A stretch of 64,000 nucleotides of DNA from Asterias rubens (GCF_902459465.1 NC_047064.1:22816001-22880000); one strand, 5' to 3'. Shown: positions 53,004-64,000, counted from the stretch's first letter. Made by a program: numbers and translations. Notes: generated by a model from the letters alone, not told the origin.

Positions 53004-55062
53004 AGGGTCATTTTTACTGAACGTATACCTACCGGTAGAGCCCGGATCTCCGTGTTGGTATGATTACTGACAGTAGTCAGGGTCACAATAACTGAACGTA
53101 TACAGACCGGTAGAGCCCGGATCTCCGTGGTGGTATGATTACTGACAGTAGTCAGGGTCATTATAACTGACCGTATACATAATGGGAGAGCCCGGATCTC
53201 CGTGGTTGTATGATTACTGACAGTAGTCAGGGTCAATTTAACTGACCGTATACAGACCGGTAGAGCCCGGATCTCCGTGGTGGTATGATTACTGACAGTA
53301 GTCAGGGTCATTATTACTGAACGTATACAGACCGGTAGAGCCCGGATCTCCGTGGTGGCATAATTACTGGCAGTAGTCAGGATCATTATTACTGACCGTA
53401 TACCTACCGGGAGAGCCCATATCTCCGTGATGGTGATTACTGACAGTAGTCAGGGTCATTATAACTGACCGTATACAGACCGGGAGAGCCCGGATCTCCG
53501 TGGTGGCATAATTACTGGCAGTAGTCAGGATCATTATTACTGACCGTATACCTACCGGGAGAGCCCAGATCTCCGTGATGGTGATTACTGACAGTAGCCA
53601 GGGTCATTATTACTGAACGTATACAGACCGGTAGAGCCCGGATCTCCGAGGTGGTATGAAAACTGACAGTAGTCAGGGTCATTATTACTGAGCGTATACA
53701 GACCGGGAGAGCCCAGATCTCCGTGGTGGTATGATTACTGATAGTAGTCAGGGTCATAATAACTGACCGTATACAGACCAGGAGAGCCTGGATCTCCGTT
53801 TTGGTATGATAACTGACAGTAGTCAGGGTCATTATAACTGAACGTATGCAGGCCTTGGGAGTCCGGATCTCCGTGATGGTGATTACTGACAGTAGTCAGG
53901 GTCATACTGACCGTATACAGACCGGCAGAGCCCGGATCTCCGTGGTGGTATGAGTACTGACAGTAGTCAGGGTCATTATAACTGACCGTATACAGACCGG
54001 GAGAGCCCGGATCTCCGTGGTGGCATAATTACTGGCAGTAGTCAGGATCATTATTACTGACCGTATACCTACCGGGAGAGCCCAGATCTCCGTGATGGTG
54101 ATTACTGACAGTAGTCAGGGTCATTGTTACTGAACGTATGACCGGGAGAGCCCGGATCTCCGTTTTGGTATGATAAATGACAGTAGTCAGGGTCATTATT
54201 ACTAAACGTATACAGGCCGTGGGAGTCCGGATCTCCGTGGTGGTGATTACTGACAGTAGTCAGGGTCATTATAACTGACCGTATACAGAAAGGGAGAGCC
54301 CGGATCTCCGTGGTGGTGATTGCTGACAGTAGTCAGGGTCATTATAACTGACCGTATACAGACCGGTGTGGCGGTTTCAGTCTTCCGCCGTGTTAAGTTT
54401 TTCGGGTGACGTAGTCGGACATATCAGCACGTTGTTCGAACGGTTTTAGCTTTCCGGCGTGTTCAGTTTTCCGGTTGACCTGTCAGATACCGCCGCGAGT
54501 GTACCCTGGCGAGTACTGTAGTTCTCTCAGCAGTGACCCCAAATTGTTTATAATTTATTCCGATTCTTTTCTGTGTAGTCACATAATCTCTTGCCCCATC
54601 TTTACATGTATTCATGGGTACAACTTTAGGCAGGTCACACTCTGCTTGCAAAAACAAAAAACAACTCATACGATCTACGCGTTTGCCGCTAGTTGTACTC
54701 GACTCGTGGACGCCGCCATGACAGCTACCGGAGGGTAACGGATGACTCAATACGGCACTAAAAATGGACCACTTTCGCTTGCTGTGCGCAGGCATCGCAT
54801 GACGTAATGCTACCGTATTTGGTCATTCGGAAAACTGAACACAGCGGAAAGTTGAAACCGCCACACCGGGAGAGCCCGGATCTCCGTGGTGGTATGATTA
54901 CTGACAGTAGTCAGGGTCATTATAACTGACCGTATACAGACCGAGAGAGCCCGGATCTCCGTGGTGGTATGATAACTGACAGTAATCAGAGTCATTATTA
55001 CTGAACGTATGACCGGGAGAGCCTGGTATACGTGGTGGTATGATTTATACTGACAGTAGTCA
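53004..55062. repeat. 75-bp minisatellite (about 18 + 2.5 copies) interrupted by a transposon
   Basis: Unit GGTATGATTACTGACAGTAGTCAGGGTCATTATAACTGACCGTATACAGACCGGGAGAGCCCGGATCTCCGTGGT. 73-bp variant units carry a 2-bp deletion. Confidence 0.97.
54367..54865. mobile_element. Non-autonomous Ginger1-type DNA transposon (499 bp)
   Basis: TGT...ACA termini, 44-bp imperfect TIR (36 of 44 match, terminal 13 perfect), and CCGG duplicated at 54363-66 and 54866-69. The empty site CAGACCGGGAGAG is seen in neighbouring satellite units. Confidence 0.85.
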
Positions 55063-58000
55063 TTTGTTTTTACTGTGATGCAAGAGCAGTGTTTTTCTGA
55101 ATAACAATCGACAGGGTTCGAAGGAGAAGAATTAATCAAATATAAATCATGGATTCTACCAGCAGGGACTCTGTGAGTCAATATTTACCAGCACGAACTC
55201 AACAAAACTTTACGATACATGCTGCTCCATTACATAGACTATCGTGCCGTGTACAGTTTCTGAGCTGCAGCAGTTAAATCAATCCTTGATGTATTATGCA
55301 AAAAGAACGGTATCCAATGTTCATAAAAAGGGTGTTTGAAATGCATGCAACATGATTATAACTTTGCTCCCAGCCTTACAGAAGACGTCCAGGTCACCAG
55401 ACTTTGTGGATGTGTGTGACACTCCGGTTTGTGGGTCCTGATTTTGCTGTACCAATGTTCCCTTTTTCTAAAGAATTATCTTGCGGGGTCCAATTTGAAT
55501 AAATAATTTCACTTGATTTTGTAAAAGACCCCACAATGGCACTTCCGTAAGCTAACACACAAACATAAGTTGTCTGATGACATTGCAACTAAAGACTCGC
55601 AAACACTGGTGACTTCGACTAGAACATATTGATGAAGCTTATTCTCAATGATGTATATACTATCCAATGTTACTCGCACTGTGCCTAACTAATTCAATAC
55701 CCTAACAACTGTCAACTAAGCCACCCCTTGTCTTCTTCTTTCAGTCGAGTCGCCATGGTATTTTCATATTTGTTTTTATAAGGAGACACATACCCCAAAC
55801 GAGGCGTACCAAATTGCCATACCAGGGTAGCTAGCAACTCCTTATGGTCAGTGCCCACGTTCCGGATGCCCTCTCGCAGCAGACCTTAAATTGAATATCG
55901 ACGCTTAATTGCTTTTTATTGATCAAACAATTAGTGGTCGGGCAACACACCGAATTTCCACTAGGGTTTTCTTTAGCACCCTAAGTATTTCATACCCTCC
56001 ACCGGTCTGTCGTGCATTAAAAGGTGGACCATGGTGAGGATGTGGGTACATAAACTTAATTTGATTTGTCTGTTTCTACGTAAACCCAACACGCCGATTT
56101 GCCTGGAAACATTTGGCCCGTTGTTGACGAAATGGCTGCCCGGCGCTTTCAGAAGTGATACCCAAATAATAACGCGAAGTTATACGCGCTGTCCTTCGCA
56201 CCGTTACTAAAAAGTTTTCAAATCCAGGGGCGGGGTGAATATGGAATAGTTTCATTGTATGATTGTTACAATTAAGGATGGAACATTTATGGATGGTGTC
56301 TTCAAATAACGATTTTGCAAGGTGTTTACAAGTTCGAAGTTGTTGGGGTTGCATGCAGTTGCATGCAGAAGGTTTGAAATGTTGAACCGAAGGCTGTATC
56401 CAATTGCAATTCTCGCCCGTATTCGACCATTTTTGGGACATAAGTACATACAGGAAACAAACTCCCACACTTTAAGTCCAGTTGTTCGATTACACGCGAG
56501 ACTTCGGGTGCGACTAATGCTGAAAGGGTGCGGCAAAGAACGCGTGCTACCCTTCAACGCATGTGAAAATCTAGACGTAGCCACCAATTCTGACTCGGCC
56601 GTTTTCTCAGTCTCAGCCCAGCGTCTGTGTTGAAGTGGGTTTACATAGGATATTGGGTTACAGACTTCTGGATGATAGCATTTCAGAGGGTGTCTCGAGC
56701 TGATGACAATTCTGGGCCGGTGTTGTGTCATCCTACTCCAGCCAATGTTAATTTCCCATCAATGTTAATTTCCCATATGGGGGACCGAATCTCTACTGGA
56801 CAGAATTCCCTGCGACACCGGCTTCATTTTTCTTGAACTCTGCTGATCCGGTTTGTTTTAAAACCATTTTTACTTTTTAGTGAGTGCTGGTAACATTTTA
56901 GTCATGGAACATGTTATTTGTTTCACTATTTTCTCCCCGAAGGTGCACTGCCCTGTGAGTCGCAGTCCTTGATATCCTAGAATGGAACAGTCCACATAAT
57001 AATCTGAGAGTGTTTAAGTGTTTGAGGGACTGACAGAAAATTTCACTGTGAAAATAACATACATACTTTACGTCATAATTATGAGTCATGACCTACACAA
57101 AGCTGAACCTCTCAAAAGTGTGGCGCACTGTTATTTGTAGCAGTCTTGATAACAGCCTTTGATATTGTTTTCCAAAACCTCTTCTCTGCCGATCAAACTG
57201 TTGACATACGGGAAGCTATTATCTGAGTGGAACCTTCCCGCATCTATGTACTTCCTGCATGAGGAAAACTATCTAAGAAAGTCAGATCGGTGCAATTATC
57301 TCAGTACACAAATAATTCCTTTCACATGAGCCTATACACCAAGACCTGGCAGCTATAATTTTCCAACCTTAAACAAAAATGTTCCGCTCTTGAGATTCTA
57401 ATACAGTTCTTGAACGCATGACTGAATGCAGTGGGTCCTCATCTGATGTGCCTTAGCAGGTAAAGGAAAAGATAGAATTCACTTTTGGAAACCACGAAGG
57501 CATAACTAAGTTGACTTAAATGAAGCCCTGTCATTGGCCAAGAGGTATGCGTGGCGTGTGCCTGCTTGCATAATTCAATGATTTGACCTCCATAGTTTGT
57601 TAAAGTTAAAGCCAAGTGTGAAATGAATAATGTTAACCAGATAGTCATCATATTAATTTAGGTGTTCTTTAGTGAGGCCTACGGTTATCGTCTTAAATTT
57701 GAATTAGTAAAGTTATCTTAAATACAACACGTTTTTCACCTGAAACATCCTAATACGCTTGTGACTATTTCTGCACCGAACATCTGCTCTTGTTTTCGGA
57801 AAACTTCTGGATGCAGAAAGACACATATAGAATGGTGCCCTCAACCAATTTTTGTTTTCACTCTGATGTACGATTACACAAATCCAGAATACAGATTCTT
57901 GGTCATGCCACTCCCTGTGTCACTTATTACAACGTTACTTAAGATTTCACCAGTCGCCTCTTACTCTGTTTATTTAGTTTTTAGTAAATTTTTGCCAGCA

Positions 58001-58439
58001 CGTTGAGCCGTTAGGAATAAATCCCTAAACGGGAATGGCGCGCAAGTTGTCTGCATCAATAAGGCACACCAGAACATTGCTTCGTGTTGTCTGTCGTTCG
58101 CGCTCTTTCTGTCTCTGGCCCTGTCTAGGATTTCAAACTATCAGGTCGGGGAGCTGTGCATTAGTTCTTCTTTTGGGGATGGTTCGTGTGTTTGTGTATT
58201 CGGGGTACCAGTACACCAGTATTGACACATATAGAATACGGAGCCCATGTACTTTATAAGCAAGGGACAGCTTTAAAGGGATACTACATTGCTTTTGCGA
58301 ATATTAAAATTACCTTTCAATTATAGGGTACTTTCAGTAGTCAATATGTATTTCGGTTGATTTTCTAAAAAATAAGTAAATGAGATATTTAGAGGTTGTC
58401 TAAATAAGACTTTAGTATGTTATGTTTGTGTTGGGGATC

Positions 58440-58590
58440 GATGTGGTGTATTGTGGGCGACAATATTGTATAATGCATCATGACTTAAATTCCGATGTTT
58501 GAATCATCAAAGTTTGGGTTCTATTCCCGGTCGTGACAATTGTTTCATTGAGCAAGGCGTGTAGCTAGATCATCGCTTCTGTAAACTTAT
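58440..58590 (+). mobile_element. Degenerate tRNA-derived SINE fragment
   Basis: B-box-like GGGTTCTATTCCC followed by gtgacaattgtttcattgagcaaggc, which resembles SINE core sequence. Confidence 0.4.
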
Positions 58591-59696
58591 GCGTATAAAT
58601 GATAACCTCAGAGGGCTGAGACAAAATGCGTTAGGTTCACTCCTTGGTACTAACTCAAATAGCTTGGGGTTGTGCTCCCTAGAGTGTAGAGTAGGGGTAA
58701 TACCATATTATGCAATGACACTTCAAATCCTACTTTTTCTTTTTCTTTTGTTGATCCCAAAATTACCAATCATGAACGTCGAGCCACCGAAATACTAATC
58801 ACAGAATAACAGTGTTGTCTTTAACAAACCATCTGAAGAGTGGCTTGGCAAGAAAGAAAAGTAATCAACTGTCATCTTTGTGACATGTCAAAACGAAGTT
58901 ATCAATGTGGACATGGAGCCGACATGTAGGTTTTACAAGTTACCAACATCATCTGGCTTAAAGGAACATTACAGAATGGTGTTTGCCTCACAAAACATTT
59001 GCTGGCAGTGTTAGCACTTTATGTGATTTGTCATAAACTGACAAATCGGTAGAATTATCAGGTCGATCTGGGTCACGATAAAATAACGAACAACCGATTA
59101 CATATTATTTTTTGCATGACATCGCTGCAAGTAAACTGAATTAAACGCTAATGGAGCGATATTAGATGTTAATTATGCATGTGGGGGATGAGAAATATAT
59201 TAATTTGGGTTTTTACCCATCAACCGATGTGTGTTAACATTGTAAAAGATAAATACAACATAAAAGTGCTGTGGCAAAAACGCGTTATGATTTTCCTTTA
59301 AAGCTCGGCGGCGCCCTTTCGTTACTTCGTCTAACGTAATGTTTCTTTGTTATCGAATGTGCGGTCTCGCCACTCGGGTCTCGCGTACTCAAGTTTTATT
59401 TTATTGTTTGAACGTTTATCCAGGCTAGACACTTTGTCTAGCCAAGGATGCTTTCGTCTTCCATTACGACGGAAGTTCACGTCTTCGTCATATTTACCTG
59501 CTTTCCATTGTGTCAACTTTTCAATTTGTTAAATATTTGGGTTGAGCTTTTTGGGTCGGAAGAGAAAATAATTACAAAAAAGATTGTCTCAGATAAAGAA
59601 ACGAATGTACGGACTTGTTTACCACGACAGTCAAAGTCAAAGCATACCTTCGGTTTTCTGAACCGTTCGACTATTTATTTCTAGATGTATACATTA

Positions 59697-60155
59697 AAAC
59701 TAACATGTCACTATTTATATTCAAGGTGGTAAACGGTTTACCCAATCTGAAACAAAGCATTACTGATAACCGATATAATATTCAAAAGCTGCTGTTTATA
59801 TAGGCCATCAAACTAACATGTCAATATTTATATTCAAGGTGGTAACGGTTTACCCAATCTGAAACAAAGCATTACTGATAACCGATATAATATTCAAAAG
59901 CTGCTGTTTATATAGGCCATCAAACTAACATGTCACAGTTTATTTTCATGGTGGTAAACGGTTTACCCAATCTGAAACAAAGCATTACTGATAACCGATA
60001 TAATATTCAAAAGCTGCTGTTTATATAGGCCATCAAACAAACATGTCACAGTTTATTTTCAAGGTGGTAAACGGTTTACCTAATCTGAAACAAAGCATTA
60101 CTGATAACCGGTATAATATTCAAAAGCTGCTGTTTATATATAGGCCATCAAACTA
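59697..60155. repeat. 112-113-bp tandem repeat, 4 copies
   Basis: (t/a)aacatgtca at 59701, 59814, 59926 and 60039. Confidence 0.97.
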
Positions 60156-60621
60156 AAAGTTTGTCTTGTCATTAATTTCTAAGAGTGCTTACCAAACGTA
60201 TAATTATCTTCCCTATTATGACTCGATGTTTATAATTATGAGGAGTTTAGCATTTACTTTGTTCTTCCTTCCTGACAAGTGCTGCTTCATAAGTGAATAT
60301 TACTGAACAGACGCAAATGAATTATTTGAAGGGTTTCGTAGTTATTGTTTGAACTACATTAGCAAACGAACAGTCCAGCTGGGCACATTTAATTGGCTCT
60401 ACTTACCTTATAAATAAATAAGCTTTATGACTGGGCACACTATGCCGTGTTCTAGATTTGTTTACTACGTGTACCACCTAGATGTCCAACCCGAAGGATA
60501 AAACGTATCTTGCTCAGTGTGACGCACATGTCACGATCAGGACTCGGACTCACACACTGCTGATAAAAAACACCAGAGCATGACTCCAGTGCATGTTGAG
60601 CTTCAAATCAATGCAATTTGA

Positions 60622-60755
60622 GACTTTGAAACGTTAGGTGGCAGCAGACTTACCAGGTAAATTGCCATTTGCTTACGTAGTTTTGAGCTTGCGCACATTG
60701 CCGAGGACAATGGATTTTACCTGGTAATTCTGCTGCCACCTAAGTCCCAAAAGTC
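60622..60755. mobile_element. Hairpin MITE
   Basis: TTAGGTGGCAGCAGACTTACCAGGTAAA versus TTTACCTGGTAATTCTGCTGCCACCTAA (28-bp IR, 1 mismatch); extends to GACTTT/AAAGTC. Confidence 0.8.
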
Positions 60756-60759
60756 CCCC

Positions 60760-60936
60760 ATAGACCTTATATGCACATGACGTCATTTCAGTAGAGCACC
60801 CTCACCTAGAGGTCAAAAGGAGGTTATTCATTGGCCAATACTGTGCGCCACGCGTTCACATCCGTGCGTCTCGATTGTTTCGTCACCGTTTTTCCTCTAA
60901 GATGGCGGCTGGATGACGTTAATTCATAAGGTCTGT
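60760..60936. mobile_element. MITE with short imperfect TIRs
   Basis: ATAGACCTTAT...ACGTCAT versus ATGACGT...ATAAGGTCTGT. Confidence 0.6.
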
Positions 60937-60939
60937 TGT

Positions 60940-61106
60940 CAGGGGTCTTTCTCAAACCACGGCTTGGGCTCCGGCTCAGGCTCAGCGTGCTGATATCCCT
61001 GCAATACGCGCTGCTCCAAAATGCAGATTAAAAGCAAGCTGCGTACACAGCACGCGGAGCTTAAGCCTGAGCCGGAGCCCAAGCCGTGGTTTGAGAAAGG
61101 CCCCTG
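60940..61106. mobile_element. Foldback MITE, about 43-bp TIR
   Basis: CAGGGGTCTTTCTCAAACCACGGCTTGGGCTCCGGCTCAGGCT is inverted at both ends with 1 mismatch. Confidence 0.85.
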
Positions 61107-61251
61107 GCTCGCCTGTGTCGTATAGAATTACTCAACCTCGTTTCCAAGGGGTGATCGATCTCGCCGCGCCATTTTTTTCCCAGCATGCCTTGCTCGATCA
61201 TAACCCCTGGAAGTGTGACTTAAAAATGTTATACAAATATTGACTGCTTTG

Positions 61252-61378
61252 AGTGCTATGGTTAAAACTATGACTCCCGAGGTGATCCGCGGAGCGTTCT
61301 ATTTTCCCGAGGCGAAACCGAGGGAAAATATAACGCTCCGCGGATCACAGAGGGAGTCATAGTGTTAACCATTGCACT
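61252..61378. mobile_element. Foldback hairpin element, about 55-bp arms
   Basis: AGTGC(T/A)ATGGTTAA(A/C)ACTATGACTCCC...GTGATCCGCGGAGCGTT.TATTTTCCC is inverted around a short loop. Confidence 0.8.
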
Positions 61379-62119
61379 AGTAAAAGCAGTCAATATTTGT
61401 TTTATAACACCCCAAACATTTCTAAATACTGTACTATTAAGTTACAGACCTGAATGCTACAATCCACGGACGACGCGAATACAGATTGCGAAAATTTTTA
61501 CTGAGCTGCTTGTAGTGTCATGTAATCTGAAATGGTTACAGACTACTAATTTATCATCCTCGTAGACGCAACGGACGTCTGGGTACTGCACGCCGTGTAA
61601 TAGTCTTTTGACTAGCACACGGCAAATCGAACGCACTATTACACGGCAAACCGATGTACTATCACACGGCCGTATCTTGTAAAACTAAGACATATCATGT
61701 GACGCGCTCTAAACCAATGAAAAGGCAGAATATTGGTAAGGGGTGTTATAACAAAATGTATTGGATACTACGATTAGTCCTGTGGTTGATCCGTTCTGTG
61801 TTGGGCGTTAGTTGCGCACACGTTGGATGCGCTGTGTGTAATACAAGTCGTAAACTTGCCTTGGCGCAGTGTTGCGTGACAAAAAGTGAATACGTACACC
61901 TTTATACGCACGCGTTTCGGCATATCGAGCTTTTTGAAGAAGCACGGCGTTTCAAATCTTGCGCGTATACGATAGCCAATCAAAGACACGGATCGTAGTT
62001 TCCCTCCCAGGGGTTAGAGACTTACGCAGAGCTAGCGGGTGATACGGCCTGCTGCCAATGGTAGCGAGGTTGAAAATTAATGTCTCTAAAGTGTTTTGAA
62101 CATGCCGTGTTTTATGTTT

Positions 62120-62151
62120 TAAATTTTTTTTTTCGAATTCTTGTTTTACAG
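62120..62151 (+). promoter_or_regulatory. 3' splice acceptor of a 5'UTR intron of the GPCR
   Basis: Polypyrimidine tract ttttttttttcgaattcttgttttacAG ends at 62151, 32 nt before the ATG. Confidence 0.65.
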
Positions 62152-62183
62152 ATCATCCTGCTCCTTGACTATTACCGGACAAG

Positions 62184-63392
62184 ATGACGGGGACTGAAGG
62201 GTTTAGTTTACTTGATGACCAAGTCACTTCAATCAACAACAGTACCTTCGGTGGTTCGGTAGTAGACCTTATAGAGGATGGGGCCACACTAGATCCAACC
62301 GACTCGCCACTCAACGTCACGGATGAGAACCTTCATACGTTTTTGTACACAACAGTCGATACTATGCTGGTAACTGTAGCTATGCCGTTAATTTTCTCAA
62401 TCGGTGTCATGGGAAACTTTGCTGTCATAGCTGTGTTTATCCGTGTGAGATCGATGCGGACGGTCACCAACCACTACCTGGTAAGTCTTGCTATCGCTGA
62501 CCTGACTTTCCTGGTGCTATCAGTGCCACAGTTCTGGGTCATGTACGTGACGTCACCCATCATAGCAGACTACCGCGTTCTACAGACGGGCTACTGCAAG
62601 ATGTCAATATACTTGACGGAGTCAAGTATCATAGCTTCTTGCTTTACCGTCATCTTGGTAACTTTTGAGCGGTACGTCGCAATTTGCTGGCCCCACAAAT
62701 TCAAGGAGCTGAGCACCAAACCACGTGCTGTGCTTCTCTGTGCGTTAGTCTGGCTCTTCGCCCTCGGGTACAAAATCCCCGCCCTCTGTTTCTCCGCTGC
62801 TATTAAAACACCCATCGTTTGGCTAATTAGCGCCCCGAAGGAAGACTACCCGGACTCTATGTATGTTTGTAACTTCTGCTACCCAAGGACTTCTGACACG
62901 TGCAAAGTTTTTCAGAAATCACTGACATTGGATCAGATCTTGTTGCTGATGGTGATTCCAATCACAATGGTGATGTATTCGTTAATTGTGTTACAGCTAC
63001 AGAAATTGGCAAAGTCCACTATGATCCGAGGTTCTGGCAGTAGCTCATCTACACGTATGAAGAAGCAGGTTGTGCGCATGCTAATTGTGACGATAACGCT
63101 GTTCGTCATTTGCATGACACCGTTTCGTATTTTGAACCTGTTTTCGATTTACGAATTTAGTCTACCGCCCAACTCGCAGTGGGTGCTGGTGAACGTAGGT
63201 CGCATCATGTTGTACACAAACTGTTCTGTCAATCCAATCATATACAATATCATGAGTGACAGGTATCGTCAGGCGTTCCACGACACGTTTCTTTGCTGTC
63301 TACCAAAGCGAGGGGAGGCCAACCACGAACAGTCGAGTTGCAACCGCAAGACGACCAAATACACCGCCAGCATGTGGGCTGAAACCAAGTGA
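62184..63392 (+). CDS. Intronless class A (rhodopsin-like) GPCR, TRH-receptor/GHSR-like peptide receptor or orphan, 402 aa
   Basis: Seven hydrophobic segments with class A motifs: GN (TM1), MRTVTNHYLVSLAIAD (TM2, resembles TRHR MRTPTNCYLVSLAVAD), C at top of TM3, ERY, TM4 W, IP..Y (TM5), CMTP (TM6), NPIIY (TM7), CC after helix 8, and N-glycosylation sequons NST and NVT in the N-terminus. An in-frame TGA at 62166-62168 lies upstream of the ATG, which has A at -3. Confidence 0.96.
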   Translation: MTGTEGFSLLDDQVTSINNSTFGGSVVDLIEDGATLDPTDSPLNVTDENLHTFLYTTVDTMLVTVAMPLIFSIGVMGNFAVIAVFIRVRSMRTVTNHYLVSLAIADLTFLVLSVPQFWVMYVTSPIIADYRVLQTGYCKMSIYLTESSIIASCFTVILVTFERYVAICWPHKFKELSTKPRAVLLCALVWLFALGYKIPALCFSAAIKTPIVWLISAPKEDYPDSMYVCNFCYPRTSDTCKVFQKSLTLDQILLLMVIPITMVMYSLIVLQLQKLAKSTMIRGSGSSSSTRMKKQVVRMLIVTITLFVICMTPFRILNLFSIYEFSLPPNSQWVLVNVGRIMLYTNCSVNPIIYNIMSDRYRQAFHDTFLCCLPKRGEANHEQSSCNRKTTKYTASMWAETK

Positions 63393-64000
63393 AACTCACG
63401 TTTTGACGCTACCGACCATTATACGTCATCATTAACGTCCTGCTAACGTGACAAATCCGTCCCCCGGGACGTAACGTTTGACATATTGGCTTCCAGGCCA
63501 TTTACGAGCATAGACCTAGATTAATAATGTGGATGTTTCATGTGACAGTAAGTTTACACTCTTACGTCATCAGCAGAAGTTGGCGTAAGGCTTGCGTTTC
63601 TGACTAAACAAACTTAATTATAAATTTAGTGTACTTTGTATTTGAAGGAGGGTTGTTTCTCACTGTGTATCAGTGTTGACGCAGTAGATCCGCAAATGCT
63701 GCTCACATTATGGCGCTTGTTGGTGTCATTACAGACTTTGCAGAGAATTAATTAACCATTAGCATTGTCCAGCGCTGTCATAACCTTAGCCCAGGCCTCT
63801 ATGACGCAAAAGCAGAGATCGTATTTTTGTAAGACTCTTAAAACTTTGATACAAGCTTTTTTTTGATAATGTAAATACATTACACTTAGAAAGCCGACTC
63901 ACTTGATTTGAATGAAGTGGTGCTTCGATTTCCAAAGGCTGCTCCTTGTTTTATTGTTAAATTAAAGGACTATGATGTACCATATCATTCGGAGTGGTCG

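Noticed and set aside
52967-53832. Repeat-protein ORFs (MTLTTVSNHTTTEIRALPVCIRSVI)n
   Set aside because: These are translations of the 75-bp satellite. 2-bp-deletion units break the frame and there are no splice or start signals.
56076-56468. THAP-like CxxxC start (CSILNCNN...LFHIHP) in a minus-strand ORF
   Set aside because: The conserved downstream W and C-x-x-H-F of THAP are missing, and overlapping ORFs on both strands have no recognisable domain.
57120-57651. NYGGQIIELCK, reminiscent of a LINE endonuclease segment
   Set aside because: It is a single short motif with no other endonuclease or RT motifs, and the frame has several stops.
61654-61998. 114-aa ORF upstream of the GPCR as an extra coding exon
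   Set aside because: It lies in CpG-rich repeat-like sequence, and the in-frame stop after the acceptor excludes an N-terminal extension.

Overview
AT-rich eukaryotic genomic DNA. It is most likely an echinoderm (sea star); this is inferred from the receptor type and the style of the interspersed repeats, and was not checked against a database. Only one convincing protein-coding region is present: an intronless 402-aa class A (rhodopsin-like) GPCR of the TRH-receptor/GHSR-like peptide-receptor group at 62184-63392 (+). It is preceded by a strong splice acceptor, so it has an upstream non-coding exon. The best candidate for that exon and its promoter is about 41 kb upstream (about 20500-21029: CRE, bZIP palindrome, E2F-like site, GTGAGT donor). 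The rest of the window is intergenic or intronic and dense in tandem arrays (46, 75, 110, 113 and 20 bp units) and small non-autonomous DNA transposons. The best-diagnosed elements are a 499-bp Ginger1-type element (TGT...ACA ends, 44-bp TIR, CCGG TSD) inserted in a CCGG-rich 75-bp satellite, two adjacent TAG...CTA elements with 9-bp TSDs (AcademH-like), several TTAA-flanked AG...CT Kolobok-like MITEs, a 1.08-kb TA-flanked element with 80-bp TIRs, and a stack of foldback MITEs just upstream of the GPCR. No CRISPR array, rRNA or functional tRNA was found. Apart from one possibly decayed reading frame near 4.0-4.65 kb, the short ORFs in the track look spurious. I found no clearly new biological system; the novelty is at the level of element families and gene architecture.
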